This document shows positions 50,827-60,621 of a stretch of DNA of 64,000 nucleotides, one piece after another. Within the stretch, counting starts at the first letter, position 1, and the number at the start of each line of letters is the position of its first letter. This stretch comes from Candidatus Woesearchaeota archaeon (GTDB taxonomy: Archaea; Nanobdellota; Nanobdellia; Woesearchaeales; UBA119): contig JASGME010000005.1 in assembly GCA_030156615.1 (NCBI GenBank), positions 1,858-65,857 of the forward strand, in the 5' to 3' direction. The notes beneath the pieces are model-generated. The model had not been told where the DNA came from, did not search any database, and worked only from the letters and a program-made list of their open reading frames with translations. The position numbers and the translations under genes were made by a program.

Positions 50827-52422
50827 ATGCTGACGATTGCTCAAACATTAAACTATTATAAGAATCCTCTTGTGCAGAAGCTAATCTCTTGGCATTCAAG
50901 AGGCAGGGAGGTAGGAATTAGATTACTTTCAGGCCAGTTTGCTTCTCGTCCTAATACAATAGAATATCCATCAGATGTTTTGGAGTTTGCTAAAGTGCGT
51001 GCTTCTTCTTTTCACATTTCTGAAGAGCATTGGCAGGATCCTTGGCTTCTCTCATCAGCAAAAGGTAAGGAACTTGAAGATTTGAGAACAGGCTGGGATC
51101 TTGTTTTGGATCTAGACTTCCCTGTTTTTGAGTCTACTAAATTAATTACGATTGCAGTCATAAATGCTTTGAAAGCCCATGGAATTAAGCATATCTCATG
51201 CAAATTTTCAGGCAATAAAGGTTTCCATATAGGCGTTCCTTTTGAATCATTTCCAAAAGAGATTCTTGGAGAGGAAACAAGGAGGCTTTTTCCTGATGGA
51301 CCAAAGAAAATAATGAGCTATATCGTTAATTATATTGATAACAAGGAAAACGGCTATGCTCTTTCAAAGAAAATCCTTGAATCAGATGCTTTTAGGGATT
51401 TTAAAGATAAAAATCCAGATAAGGCAAAGCTTCTTATTCAAAAGGCATGTGCAAATTGTGGGAACATTCTTCCGAATGCTCCTGATAAAAAGATAATCTA
51501 CAAGTGTCCTAATTGTGGCACTGAACTAGAAGATGGCTCGCAGCCCTACAAGATATGTCCTAATTGCTCAAGGATTATGAAAAGAATTGAAATAGAGACA
51601 GAAAATAAATGCAATGTCTGTGGTTCTACAAGTATTCAGGAGAAGATAAACCTTGCAATAGACGAGATACTAATTGCTCCAAGACATCTCTATAGAGCTC
51701 CTTATTCTCTTCATGAAAAATCCGGCTTAGCCTCCCTTCCAATATCGCCAGAGAATGTAGCTAGGTTTGAGAGAGAAAATGCGTCTCGGGAGGAGGTTTT
51801 AGCTATTTTAGACAAATTTAACGGGCTGCAAGATGATGAATTGTTTAATGCCCTAGATTCTGCCGGCCTTCTGTTCCTAAATCCTGATAAGGCAGAACAA
51901 GGAGAAGCCAGCACTCTTTTAATTGAAGCATTTGATTTTGACAAAAAAAGAGAGATGCTTAAAGAAGCCACAACTCCTAATAATTTTCAAAAAGAAAAAC
52001 GCGATATTGTTTATGATGCAGCCAATAATCAAAGATTTGAAGAAGAGAGCTTTCCACCATGTATAAAACTTGCATTGAAAGGAGTCTCCGATGGCAGGAA
52101 GAGACTTGTTTTTATCTTGTTCAACTTCTTAAGAAGTTCAGGTTGGACTCTCGATGAAATATCAGCAAGGCTATACGAATGGAATAAAAATAATGAGGAG
52201 CCTCTTAGAGACGCTTATATAAAAAGTCAGATAGAATATCAAAAGAAAGGAAAACCAATTCCTCCACCAAATTGCGACGCATCAGGTTATTACAAAGACA
52301 TGGGCATTTGTCATCCTGATGCTATTTGCCAAACGATAAAGAACCCTGTAAGTTATCCAAGGAGATATGTAAAGAGATTCATGAAAAAGACAAAGAAAAC
52401 TAAAAAAAGCAAGAAAAGTTAA
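50827..52422 (+). CDS. Fused DNA primase PriS-PriL with inserted Zn ribbons
   Basis: PriS motifs WDLVLDLD, KFSGNKGFHI, RHLYRAPYSLHEKSG; PriL Fe-S motifs FPPC, PPNC, CHPDAIC, KNPVSY; four CxxC pairs inserted. Confidence 0.92.
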   Translation: MLTIAQTLNYYKNPLVQKLISWHSRGREVGIRLLSGQFASRPNTIEYPSDVLEFAKVRASSFHISEEHWQDPWLLSSAKGKELEDLRTGWDLVLDLDFPVFESTKLITIAVINALKAHGIKHISCKFSGNKGFHIGVPFESFPKEILGEETRRLFPDGPKKIMSYIVNYIDNKENGYALSKKILESDAFRDFKDKNPDKAKLLIQKACANCGNILPNAPDKKIIYKCPNCGTELEDGSQPYKICPNCSRIMKRIEIETENKCNVCGSTSIQEKINLAIDEILIAPRHLYRAPYSLHEKSGLASLPISPENVARFERENASREEVLAILDKFNGLQDDELFNALDSAGLLFLNPDKAEQGEASTLLIEAFDFDKKREMLKEATTPNNFQKEKRDIVYDAANNQRFEEESFPPCIKLALKGVSDGRKRLVFILFNFLRSSGWTLDEISARLYEWNKNNEEPLRDAYIKSQIEYQKKGKPIPPPNCDASGYYKDMGICHPDAICQTIKNPVSYPRRYVKRFMKKTKKTKKSKKS

Positions 52423-52470
52423 TTTTTTAAATCAGAATTGATTTCATTCTCAAACGATTGTGTGATTTTT

Positions 52471-55167
52471 ATGGAACCGGATTTTTATAAGATTGCAAAG
52501 AAATGGCAAAAGGAATGGGAAAAAGAAGATATATTTAAAACAAGAGAGGATAAAACGCATAAGAAATTCTATTGCTTGGAGATGTTTCCATATCCGTCTG
52601 GTTATCTCCATATGGGACATGTTCGTAATTATACAATAGGAGATGCATATGCCCGTTACAAAAGGATGAAAGGATTTAATGTTCTTTATCCGATGGGCTA
52701 TGATTCTTTCGGGCTTCCAGCAGAGAATGCAGCCATCAAGAACAGTGTTAATCCAAAAGAATGGACTGAAAAAAACATAGAAGGAATAAAAAAGCAAGAA
52801 AAAGAGATGGGCTTTTCTTATGATTGGTCAAGGGAGATTGCAACCCATAAAGAGGAATACTATAGATGGAACCAATGGTTTTTCTTGCAGTTCTGGAAGA
52901 AAGGGCTTGCATATCAGAAGGAAGGATTTGTAAATTGGTGCCCAAGTTGCAGGACAGTATTGGCAAACGAGCAAGTTGTTAATGGAAAATGTTGGAGATG
53001 CGGCTCCGATGTTGAAAAGAAGAATCTGAAGCAGTGGTATCTAAAGATAACCGATTATGCAGAGAGACTACTGAAAGATTTGGATTCCCTTGATGATTGG
53101 CCAGAACCAGTTAAGATTATGCAGAAAAACTGGATTGGAAAATCAGAGGGAACCAAGATAAAATTTAGGATAAAAGGAATTGATAAGGAGATAGAAACAT
53201 TCACAACGCGGGCTGATACTATATATGGCATAACATATCTTGTTATAGCACCAGAGCATCCTCTAACAACAGAACTTATTCAGGATTCTGATAAAGAAGA
53301 AGAAGCAAGGCGTTTTATTAATGAATGCATGAATGAAAGTTATGAGAGCAGGATTGCAGAGAACAAAAAGAAGAGAGGTTTCTTTACAGGAAGTTATGCA
53401 ATTCATCCTCTTACACAAGAAGAGATACCTATCTTCATTGCTAACTATGTATTATTTGAATACGGAACAGGAATAGTCATGGGAGTTCCTGCTCATGATC
53501 AACGCGATTTCATGTTTGCTAAAGAATACAATCTTCCAATCCGGCTTGTAATAAAACCAGTAAGCTCAGAAATAAATGAAGAGGATATGAGCGAAGCCTA
53601 TTTAGGCTCAGGAATTCTTGTTAACAGTGGACCTTTTAATGGTCTTAAAAATGAAGAGGCAATCCCAAAGATTCAGGATTATCTTGAAAAGGAAGGATTG
53701 GGAAAGAGGGCAACAACATATAAGCTGAGGGATTGGCTTATTTCAAGACAAAGATATTGGGGCACGCCGATTCCAATGATTTATTGTAAAAAATGCGGAG
53801 TTGTTCCGGAAAAGGAAGAGAATCTTCCTGTGGTATTGCCAGAAGATGTTGAATTTGGCTCAGGCAATCCTTTAGCCACCTCAAAAACCTTTGTTCATAC
53901 AAAATGTCCTTATTGCGGTGGAGATGCTATAAGAGAAACAGATACTATGGACACATTCTTTGATTCTTCATGGTATTTCTTGCGGTATATAAGCCCAAAA
54001 AACAGAGAAGCTCCTTTTGAAAAAAAGGAAGCCGATTATTGGTTTCCTGTTGATCAGTACATAGGAGGCATAGAACATGCAGTTCTTCATTTATTGTATT
54101 CAAGGTTCTTCACCAAAGTTCTTTACGACATGGGATTGGTTTCTTCTGAAGAACCTTTTAAAAGACTGTTGACACAAGGAATGGTAGTTAAGGATGGAGC
54201 AAAGATGTCAAAATCATTGGGCAATGTTGTTGATCCACAGGAGTTTAATGTTAAATACGGTCCGGACACTTTACGCTTTTTTATACTGTTTGCGGCATCA
54301 CCTGAAAATGAATTGGATTGGAAGAACAGAGAGACTGAAGGCAATTATAAATTTCTAGTTAGATTATACTCTAGGATTCTTGAAACCAAGAAAATTCTAA
54401 AAAATCAGAAGGCAGGAAAAGAGATTAATCTCTACGATAAATATATGCTGAGCATTATAAACAGAGCAATCTCTGAGCTGGATGAGCTCTTTAATGGCTT
54501 TCGCTTTAACCTTGCAATAACCAAGATAATGAAGCTTGGAGAAGAACTTTTCAACTATCTCAAAAGAAACGACATAAAAGAAGATGTAATTGATGAATAT
54601 GTTGTTGCTCTGTTGAAATTAATCTCACCGATTACACCTCATATTGCAGAGGAGCTTTGGCATCAACTCGGCCACGACTCTTTCATTTCTTTAGAGAACT
54701 GGCCAGAATCAGATTCTAAAAAGATTGATGCTACTGCTGAATTCCTCATAGAATTAAATGAGAAGATTTCCGAAGACATAATGACTATAAGAAAGCTTGT
54801 AAAGATTCCTGCGAAGCGTATAAAATTAATCCTTGCAGAAGATTGGAAATACGAGTTATATAATTTTATTAAAAAAGGAGCCAAGGAAAAAGATATCAAA
54901 AGCTTTGTTATGAATTCCGAGTTTAAACGATATGGTAAGGAAGCCCTTTTTATTGCAGAGGAATTCATGAAGAATCCACAAAAGATTTCAGAGCCAATAT
55001 TCAATAAAGATGAAGAATTAGAATCCTATACTCTTTCTATTGATTACATTAAAAAAGATTTAAAACTTGATTTAGATATTATTCTTAAGAAGAATTCAAC
55101 TGATGAAACTGAGAAAGTGAAGCAAAGGAAAGCTAACCCCGGCAAGCCAGCCATAATCTTTGAATAA
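52471..55167 (+). CDS. leuS: Leucine--tRNA ligase (bacterial-type core)
   Basis: MFPYPSGYLHMGH, GYDSFGLPAENAA, CP1 FTTRADT...GTGIVMGVPAHDQRD, DWLISRQRYWG, KMSKS. Confidence 0.97.
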   Translation: MEPDFYKIAKKWQKEWEKEDIFKTREDKTHKKFYCLEMFPYPSGYLHMGHVRNYTIGDAYARYKRMKGFNVLYPMGYDSFGLPAENAAIKNSVNPKEWTEKNIEGIKKQEKEMGFSYDWSREIATHKEEYYRWNQWFFLQFWKKGLAYQKEGFVNWCPSCRTVLANEQVVNGKCWRCGSDVEKKNLKQWYLKITDYAERLLKDLDSLDDWPEPVKIMQKNWIGKSEGTKIKFRIKGIDKEIETFTTRADTIYGITYLVIAPEHPLTTELIQDSDKEEEARRFINECMNESYESRIAENKKKRGFFTGSYAIHPLTQEEIPIFIANYVLFEYGTGIVMGVPAHDQRDFMFAKEYNLPIRLVIKPVSSEINEEDMSEAYLGSGILVNSGPFNGLKNEEAIPKIQDYLEKEGLGKRATTYKLRDWLISRQRYWGTPIPMIYCKKCGVVPEKEENLPVVLPEDVEFGSGNPLATSKTFVHTKCPYCGGDAIRETDTMDTFFDSSWYFLRYISPKNREAPFEKKEADYWFPVDQYIGGIEHAVLHLLYSRFFTKVLYDMGLVSSEEPFKRLLTQGMVVKDGAKMSKSLGNVVDPQEFNVKYGPDTLRFFILFAASPENELDWKNRETEGNYKFLVRLYSRILETKKILKNQKAGKEINLYDKYMLSIINRAISELDELFNGFRFNLAITKIMKLGEELFNYLKRNDIKEDVIDEYVVALLKLISPITPHIAEELWHQLGHDSFISLENWPESDSKKIDATAEFLIELNEKISEDIMTIRKLVKIPAKRIKLILAEDWKYELYNFIKKGAKEKDIKSFVMNSEFKRYGKEALFIAEEFMKNPQKISEPIFNKDEELESYTLSIDYIKKDLKLDLDIILKKNSTDETEKVKQRKANPGKPAIIFE

Positions 55168-55244
55168 GTTCAAGAAGATTGCTTATTCCGGGAAAACCAT
55201 CAATTCAAAAAACTTTATTAATCTTTGATGATAATACAAGTAAT

Positions 55245-56231
55245 ATGATTCCAGATAAGCTCAAAAAAGGAGATGTCATAAGAGTCATCAGTCCTTCAAG
55301 GAGTTTAGCAATGCCTTGGATAACTGATTCTATTAAGAATGAGGCAAAGAGAAAAATAGAATCATTGGGATTCAAGGTGAGTTTTGGAGCTCATATAATG
55401 GAGATTAACGAATTTAATTCTTCAGATGTTATGTCAAGGATTAATGATTTGCATGATGCTTTTGCAGATAAAAGTGTTAAAGCCATATTAACTTCAATTG
55501 GCGGATTTAATTCCAACGAACTATTGCCTTTTATAGATTATGATTTAATCAAGAGAAATCCTAAGATATTCTGTGGCTATTCAGATATTACTGCTTTACA
55601 AAACGCAATTTACTCCAAAACTGGTTTAATTACATATTACGGCCCGCATTTTTTTGATTTTGGGGAAATCAAGGGTTTTGATTATACATTAGATTATTTT
55701 AAAAAATGTTTAATGGAAGAAGGACCTTTTGAGATAAAGAAATCAGAAAAATGGAGTAATGACAGATGGGGTAAAGATCAGGAGAATAGAACTTTTGAGA
55801 ATAACGAAGGATTCTATGTTGTAAATCCCGGAGAATTCAATGGAACAATAATCGGCGGAAACCTGGTAACCTTCCATAGCCTTCTCGGATCAGAATATAG
55901 ACCAACATTCAAAGATAGCGTATTATTCTTAGAAGAGGACTATGACGAAACAATCTACACCTTAAATAGAAATCTGACTTCACTTACATTACAGCCTGAT
56001 TTTTCAGAAGTAAAGGGTATTGTTTTTGGAAGGTTTCAGCCAGAAAGCAAAATCGGAGAGAAAGAAATTAAGATGATTGTTAAGAACAATAGCTCTCTAA
56101 GCAAGATTCCTATTATCGGAGGAGTTGATTTTGGTCATACAACTCCAAGAATAACTTTCCCCATAGGCGGCAAGGTGTTTGTTTCAGCAAAAGCAAAGAA
56201 TAAGATAAAAATAATTATTGAGGAACATTAA
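55245..56231 (+). CDS. S66 family peptidase (MccF/LD-carboxypeptidase-like), copy 1
   Basis: KLKKGDVIRVISPS, IGGFNS, GYSDIT (Ser), YYGP, GGNL, LFLEED (Glu), DFGHT (His). Confidence 0.93.
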   Translation: MIPDKLKKGDVIRVISPSRSLAMPWITDSIKNEAKRKIESLGFKVSFGAHIMEINEFNSSDVMSRINDLHDAFADKSVKAILTSIGGFNSNELLPFIDYDLIKRNPKIFCGYSDITALQNAIYSKTGLITYYGPHFFDFGEIKGFDYTLDYFKKCLMEEGPFEIKKSEKWSNDRWGKDQENRTFENNEGFYVVNPGEFNGTIIGGNLVTFHSLLGSEYRPTFKDSVLFLEEDYDETIYTLNRNLTSLTLQPDFSEVKGIVFGRFQPESKIGEKEIKMIVKNNSSLSKIPIIGGVDFGHTTPRITFPIGGKVFVSAKAKNKIKIIIEEH

Positions 56232-56341
56232 TATTTCTTATGGACATTATTCATTTTCAATTTTACCTTTTGAATTCTTTCTGAAATTAGTTCGCTCAGG
56301 GGAAACTTTATATAATAAATGAAAATTTCTGTTTTTTCCAA

Positions 56342-57760
56342 ATGAGCAAGAAAAAGAAGGATTTAACGGAAGGATCTATTTTGAAGTCATTATTGATTTT
56401 AGCCATTCCTATCATTCTTGCAAATCTCTTGCAGACGGCTTATCAACTTATAGATACGTTTTGGGTAGGCAGACTTGGAGCAGATGCAGTTGCAGCGGTT
56501 TCTATCAGTTTTCCTTTTATCTTCCTCATCGTTTCTTTTGGAGGAGGATTAGCCATTGCAGGCACGATTCTTGTCGCTCAATACTATGGAAAGAAAGATA
56601 AAAAAGCCGTTGATCATATTGCCTCTCAAACATTGATGATGATTGTGATTGTTTCAATCATCTTAGCTGTTATAGGTTACTTACTTTCCCCCTTCTTGGT
56701 TAGCTTAATGGGAGTAGAAGAATCAGTTTATTCAGATGCTGTTTTCTATTTGAGAGTTTCTTTTATCGGAATCGTATTTGTATTTACATATCTTGTGTTT
56801 CAATCATTGATGAGGGGTATAGGAGAGGTGAAAATGCCTGCCTATATTGTTCTTGGAACCGTTCTTTTGGATTTAATTTTTGATCCTTTGTTCATCTTTG
56901 GCTATGGTTTTATCCCTGCTTTTGGCGTTGCAGGGGCTGCTGTGGCTACAATTGCAACCCAAGCATTGGCATCGCTCGTTGGAATTATCATTCTCATCCG
57001 AGGGAAACATCACATAAAGTTACATCTAAATGACTTAAAGCCTGATTTCACTTTGATTAGGAAAATGTTTAGACTGGGCCTTCCAGCATCAATAGAGCAA
57101 TCCACCAGATCTCTGGCAACGATATTTATGACTTTTTTAGTTTCTGGTTTTGGCACTGTAACAATTGCTGCATTTGGTATTGGAACCAGGATCTTAAGTT
57201 TTGCTGTCATTCCAGCTCTAGGTTTATCAATGGCAACCTCAACTATTGTTGGACAGAACATGGGCGCAGGAAAGATAAAAAGAGCAGAATCAACAGTGAA
57301 GCTCAGCTCTTTGTTTTCGTTTGTCTCTTTAACAATTATAGGAATTTTATTTTTTATTTTCGCAGAGCCTATCTCTGATTTTTTCATGCCGGGAGAAACA
57401 GAAGCAATTGATGCAAGCGCCATCTTTATCAGAATAATGGCTCTTACTTTTGGCTTTATTGGTTTACAGCAGGTGCTTCATGGAGCATTTATGGGCTCAG
57501 GAAACACAATGATTACAATGATCTTGTCAATTATGACGCTTTGGGTATTAAGATTTCCATTGGCATATCTCCTATCGTATCATACTAGCTTAGGATCAAC
57601 AGGCATTTGGTGGGCATATCCTATTTCTAATATCGCAGCAGTATTAGTTGCGGTTATCTGGTTTTCAAGAGGAACCTGGAAGAATAAAAAAATAACTGAA
57701 GAAATAAAATTGAGCGAAAAAACAACAGAAGAAGCAATGATCGAAGAAGGAATAAATTAA
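56342..57760 (+). CDS. MATE family efflux transporter
   Basis: DLTEGSI...LAIPI...YQLIDTFWVGRLG, DPLFIFG...GVAGAAVAT, GQNMGAG, LRFPLAY. Confidence 0.95.
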   Translation: MSKKKKDLTEGSILKSLLILAIPIILANLLQTAYQLIDTFWVGRLGADAVAAVSISFPFIFLIVSFGGGLAIAGTILVAQYYGKKDKKAVDHIASQTLMMIVIVSIILAVIGYLLSPFLVSLMGVEESVYSDAVFYLRVSFIGIVFVFTYLVFQSLMRGIGEVKMPAYIVLGTVLLDLIFDPLFIFGYGFIPAFGVAGAAVATIATQALASLVGIIILIRGKHHIKLHLNDLKPDFTLIRKMFRLGLPASIEQSTRSLATIFMTFLVSGFGTVTIAAFGIGTRILSFAVIPALGLSMATSTIVGQNMGAGKIKRAESTVKLSSLFSFVSLTIIGILFFIFAEPISDFFMPGETEAIDASAIFIRIMALTFGFIGLQQVLHGAFMGSGNTMITMILSIMTLWVLRFPLAYLLSYHTSLGSTGIWWAYPISNIAAVLVAVIWFSRGTWKNKKITEEIKLSEKTTEEAMIEEGIN

Positions 57761-57806
57761 AGAACTTTGAAAAGAGTTATTAAGTAAAGAGAAAAAACAA
57801 TAACTT

Positions 57807-58286
57807 ATGGAATTTTGTATTATTATTCGTGGGCCAGCAGGAGTCGGAAAAACAACAATAGCTAAAGAATTAGCTAGGAATCTTGATGCTGATTACTTTT
57901 CCTTCGATGAAATAATGGAAGCGAACAAATTAGATACTATTGTTGGCGATGGTATCCCTTCAGAGAATTTTGTTAAGGCAAATGAAATTGTTCTTGATTT
58001 AATTAAAAACAAAGACAGAGTAATTCTTGATGGTTGTTTTTACAGGAAAGAACAACTAGATCATCTTTTACACAATATTAAAGCGAAAGTATATATTTTT
58101 ACATTAAACGCAGATATTAAAGAATGTTTAGAAAGAAATAAACTGCGGATGAACCCCTTAACCGATAATGACATCGAACAAGTTCATTACCTTGTCTCAA
58201 AAATAAAAATCGGAAGAATAATTAATACTTCCGGAAAAAGTATTAAACAAATTGTTTCAGATGTGTTGAATTACATAACTCTTTGA
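57807..58286 (+). CDS. Small P-loop kinase (nucleoside/nucleotide kinase-like)
   Basis: IIIRGPAGVGKTTIA, VILDG, LID motif CLERNKLR. Confidence 0.85.
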   Translation: MEFCIIIRGPAGVGKTTIAKELARNLDADYFSFDEIMEANKLDTIVGDGIPSENFVKANEIVLDLIKNKDRVILDGCFYRKEQLDHLLHNIKAKVYIFTLNADIKECLERNKLRMNPLTDNDIEQVHYLVSKIKIGRIINTSGKSIKQIVSDVLNYITL

Positions 58287-58375
58287 ACTTCTACTTGTAT
58301 GATTACAAAAATAGTTTTTCTCTTATCGCAAACTAAATAAATGCGAGGAATTCTATAAATGATACAGAAAATAAA

Positions 58376-59461
58376 ATGGAAACAGATACAACAACAGATA
58401 ATGAAAAACTTGTGAAAGATTTTGGAGCAAGCAGGATAACCGAGTTAAAGAACATACAGGATTTCTATACTTTCAAAAGAGGACTACTTTATTCGCATAG
58501 GGATTTTGAAAGATTTTTCGATGCCATAAAAAAAGGGGAAAAGTGTGCGATTGTTTCTGGATTGAACGCTTCTGGCTCTTTGCACATTGGGCATAAAGCG
58601 GTTTTTGACACCAATCTTTATTTTCAAAGAGAGTTCGGAATTCCTGTATTCATACCCATCTCGGATGATGAATCTTATGTTGCTGGAAAAGTAAAGAGTC
58701 AGGAAGAGGCATTAGCATATTCTGTGGAATTAGCAAAAGAACTTTTAGCATATGGTTTTGAGCCTCATAAAACCTTTTTTATCATCGATCAGGTTTATAC
58801 AAATATTTATAATTTAGCAATAAAGTTATCAAAAAAGATAACCCTTTCTGAAATAAAGGCGACTTACGGTTATAAAAATGAAGAAAATATAGGGCTTCAC
58901 TTTTATCCGGTGGTTCAATCAGCACACATACTCTTTCCAGAAGAAAAATTTGAAATCAGAAATGTTTTAGTGCCTATTGGTCCGGATGAAGATGTCCATA
59001 TAAGAATATGCAGGGATATCGCTTCAAGAGCCGGATATAAAAAACCTTCTATATTGCATTTATCTTTTATGCCCGGTATTGATGGAACAAAAATGTCCAA
59101 ATCAAAAAACAACGCTATTCTTCTTAAGGAAGATATTAAATCAATAACCAAAAAAATAAACAAGGCATTTTCCGGAGGACAAAAAACAGTTGAGGAGCAT
59201 AAGAGACTTGGAGGAAATCCTGATATTGACATTGCATGCCAGTACCTGTCAAAATTTTTCTTGGATGAAAAAGAAAGCAAAGAGCTATTTGACAATTATA
59301 GAAAAGGAAAGATATTGAGCGGGGAAGTGAAAAAAATCCTGATTGAAAAGCTAACCAAAATGATTAATGAATTTCAGGAAAATCTTAAGAAAGTTGATGA
59401 CTCTGCATTAAAAAAAGCAATATTAACTAATGAAACAGACTTAACTAAACTTATGCATTAA
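58376..59461 (+). CDS. trpS: Tryptophan--tRNA ligase, archaeal/eukaryote-type, divergent
   Basis: SLHIGH, ISDDE, KMSKS, KAFSGGQKTVEEHKRLGGNPDID, GKILSGEVK. Confidence 0.9.
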   Translation: METDTTTDNEKLVKDFGASRITELKNIQDFYTFKRGLLYSHRDFERFFDAIKKGEKCAIVSGLNASGSLHIGHKAVFDTNLYFQREFGIPVFIPISDDESYVAGKVKSQEEALAYSVELAKELLAYGFEPHKTFFIIDQVYTNIYNLAIKLSKKITLSEIKATYGYKNEENIGLHFYPVVQSAHILFPEEKFEIRNVLVPIGPDEDVHIRICRDIASRAGYKKPSILHLSFMPGIDGTKMSKSKNNAILLKEDIKSITKKINKAFSGGQKTVEEHKRLGGNPDIDIACQYLSKFFLDEKESKELFDNYRKGKILSGEVKKILIEKLTKMINEFQENLKKVDDSALKKAILTNETDLTKLMH

Positions 59462-59998
59462 TTTCAATTAATTTCATATTTAAAAATTTCTTGATCCAAT
59501 ACCCAATTCCTCTTGAACTTGTTTTTTTAATTTCTCCATTGTGAATTAAAGGATTGATATCTGATGTTTCAGAATGAATATCATTCTTGAAAAATTTAAT
59601 CTCTTTGCAGTATTTAATGCTCTTTTATTCTCTTTATCAAAAAGTGTGATACTAAGCCCATGCTTGTTAAGTTTTGTTAGTTTCAATAATTCGTATAAGG
59701 TGGCTGATATCTTTGATCCGTAAGCTTGAGAAAAATCTGAAGTTATGAGATCTTCTTTATATGAGTTCTAGTTAAATATATCGTCTAGTTTCTCCTTTAG
59801 ATCAGATTTCCTATCTGAACATAATACCAAAATTCCTTTTATTGAATCACAACCTTTTCAATCTTTAAACAAGATATTCTTTGCTCTTTGACTGCTAATA
59901 TTTTTTTGATTTCCACTTAAAATAATCGCTCATTCATCACCTTCAAATTCTCCTAAAAAATCTATATCTTTTTTACAACAAAATAATCTTGCTTCTTT
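59451..59998 (-). pseudogene. Decayed gene with C-terminal wHTH-like segment
   Basis: One long frame (FLGEFEGDE*AIILSG...AYGSKISATLYEL...) with three internal stops, then a frame change into SSRGIGYWIKKFLNMKLIEINA*. Confidence 0.5.
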
Positions 59999-60078
59999 TC
60001 AAGTTTTTTACTTACGATATAAAATAAGATTTATATCCTTTTTATTATTTTCAAATGGATGAAATCTAAGATAAGTAA

Positions 60079-60621
60079 TTAATCAAAATTTAATTCTAGT
60101 TTTTTCTTAAAATCCTTATGAATCTGCGAAGCTTTTGGTCCTATGCTATTTTGATATTTTCCTTCATAAAGAATTATTTTTCCTTTTGGCACCCAAAAAC
60201 TTACTTGGCCAATAAGCATACCTGAATATATTCGAATATTCTTTGTAGCATATAGTTGAAATGTTGTATTTCCTATTGATCCAATATCAATCAAATCTGC
60301 AGTTATATGAACAAATAAACCGAGTCTTGCAATTCCTGATTTTGCGTGAATCAAAGGAACAAATTTTTTTCCTCCAATTATCTCTTTGCTGTGTCCAAGA
60401 ACAAAATCTCCCTTCCTTAATAAAAGGCCATTTTTCGGAATTTTTTTTATTATATATTTATTTTCTCTTGCAGGGTCTAAAATCTTATCAGTATAAACTA
60501 AATACTCCTGCCCCAAGGTTAGATCATAGGAATTTGTAGTGACATTCTTTAAGTTAAATGGTCTTATAATGATATTTCCTTTTTTAACTTGTTTTTTTAT
60601 CTCTTCACCTGTAAGAATCAT
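60079..60621 (-). CDS. dCTP deaminase-family protein, paralog B
   Basis: MILTGEEI, NSYDLTLG, KSGIARLGLFVH, LIDIG, GMLIGQVSFW, GKYQ. Confidence 0.9.
   Translation of the reverse strand: MILTGEEIKKQVKKGNIIIRPFNLKNVTTNSYDLTLGQEYLVYTDKILDPARENKYIIKKIPKNGLLLRKGDFVLGHSKEIIGGKKFVPLIHAKSGIARLGLFVHITADLIDIGSIGNTTFQLYATKNIRIYSGMLIGQVSFWVPKGKIILYEGKYQNSIGPKASQIHKDFKKKLELNFD

Noticed and set aside
59451-59998. TGA stop-codon reassignment
   Set aside because: The same frame also has a TAG and a frameshift, and core genes such as fen, mbf1 and ppsA end in TGA. Ordinary decay.
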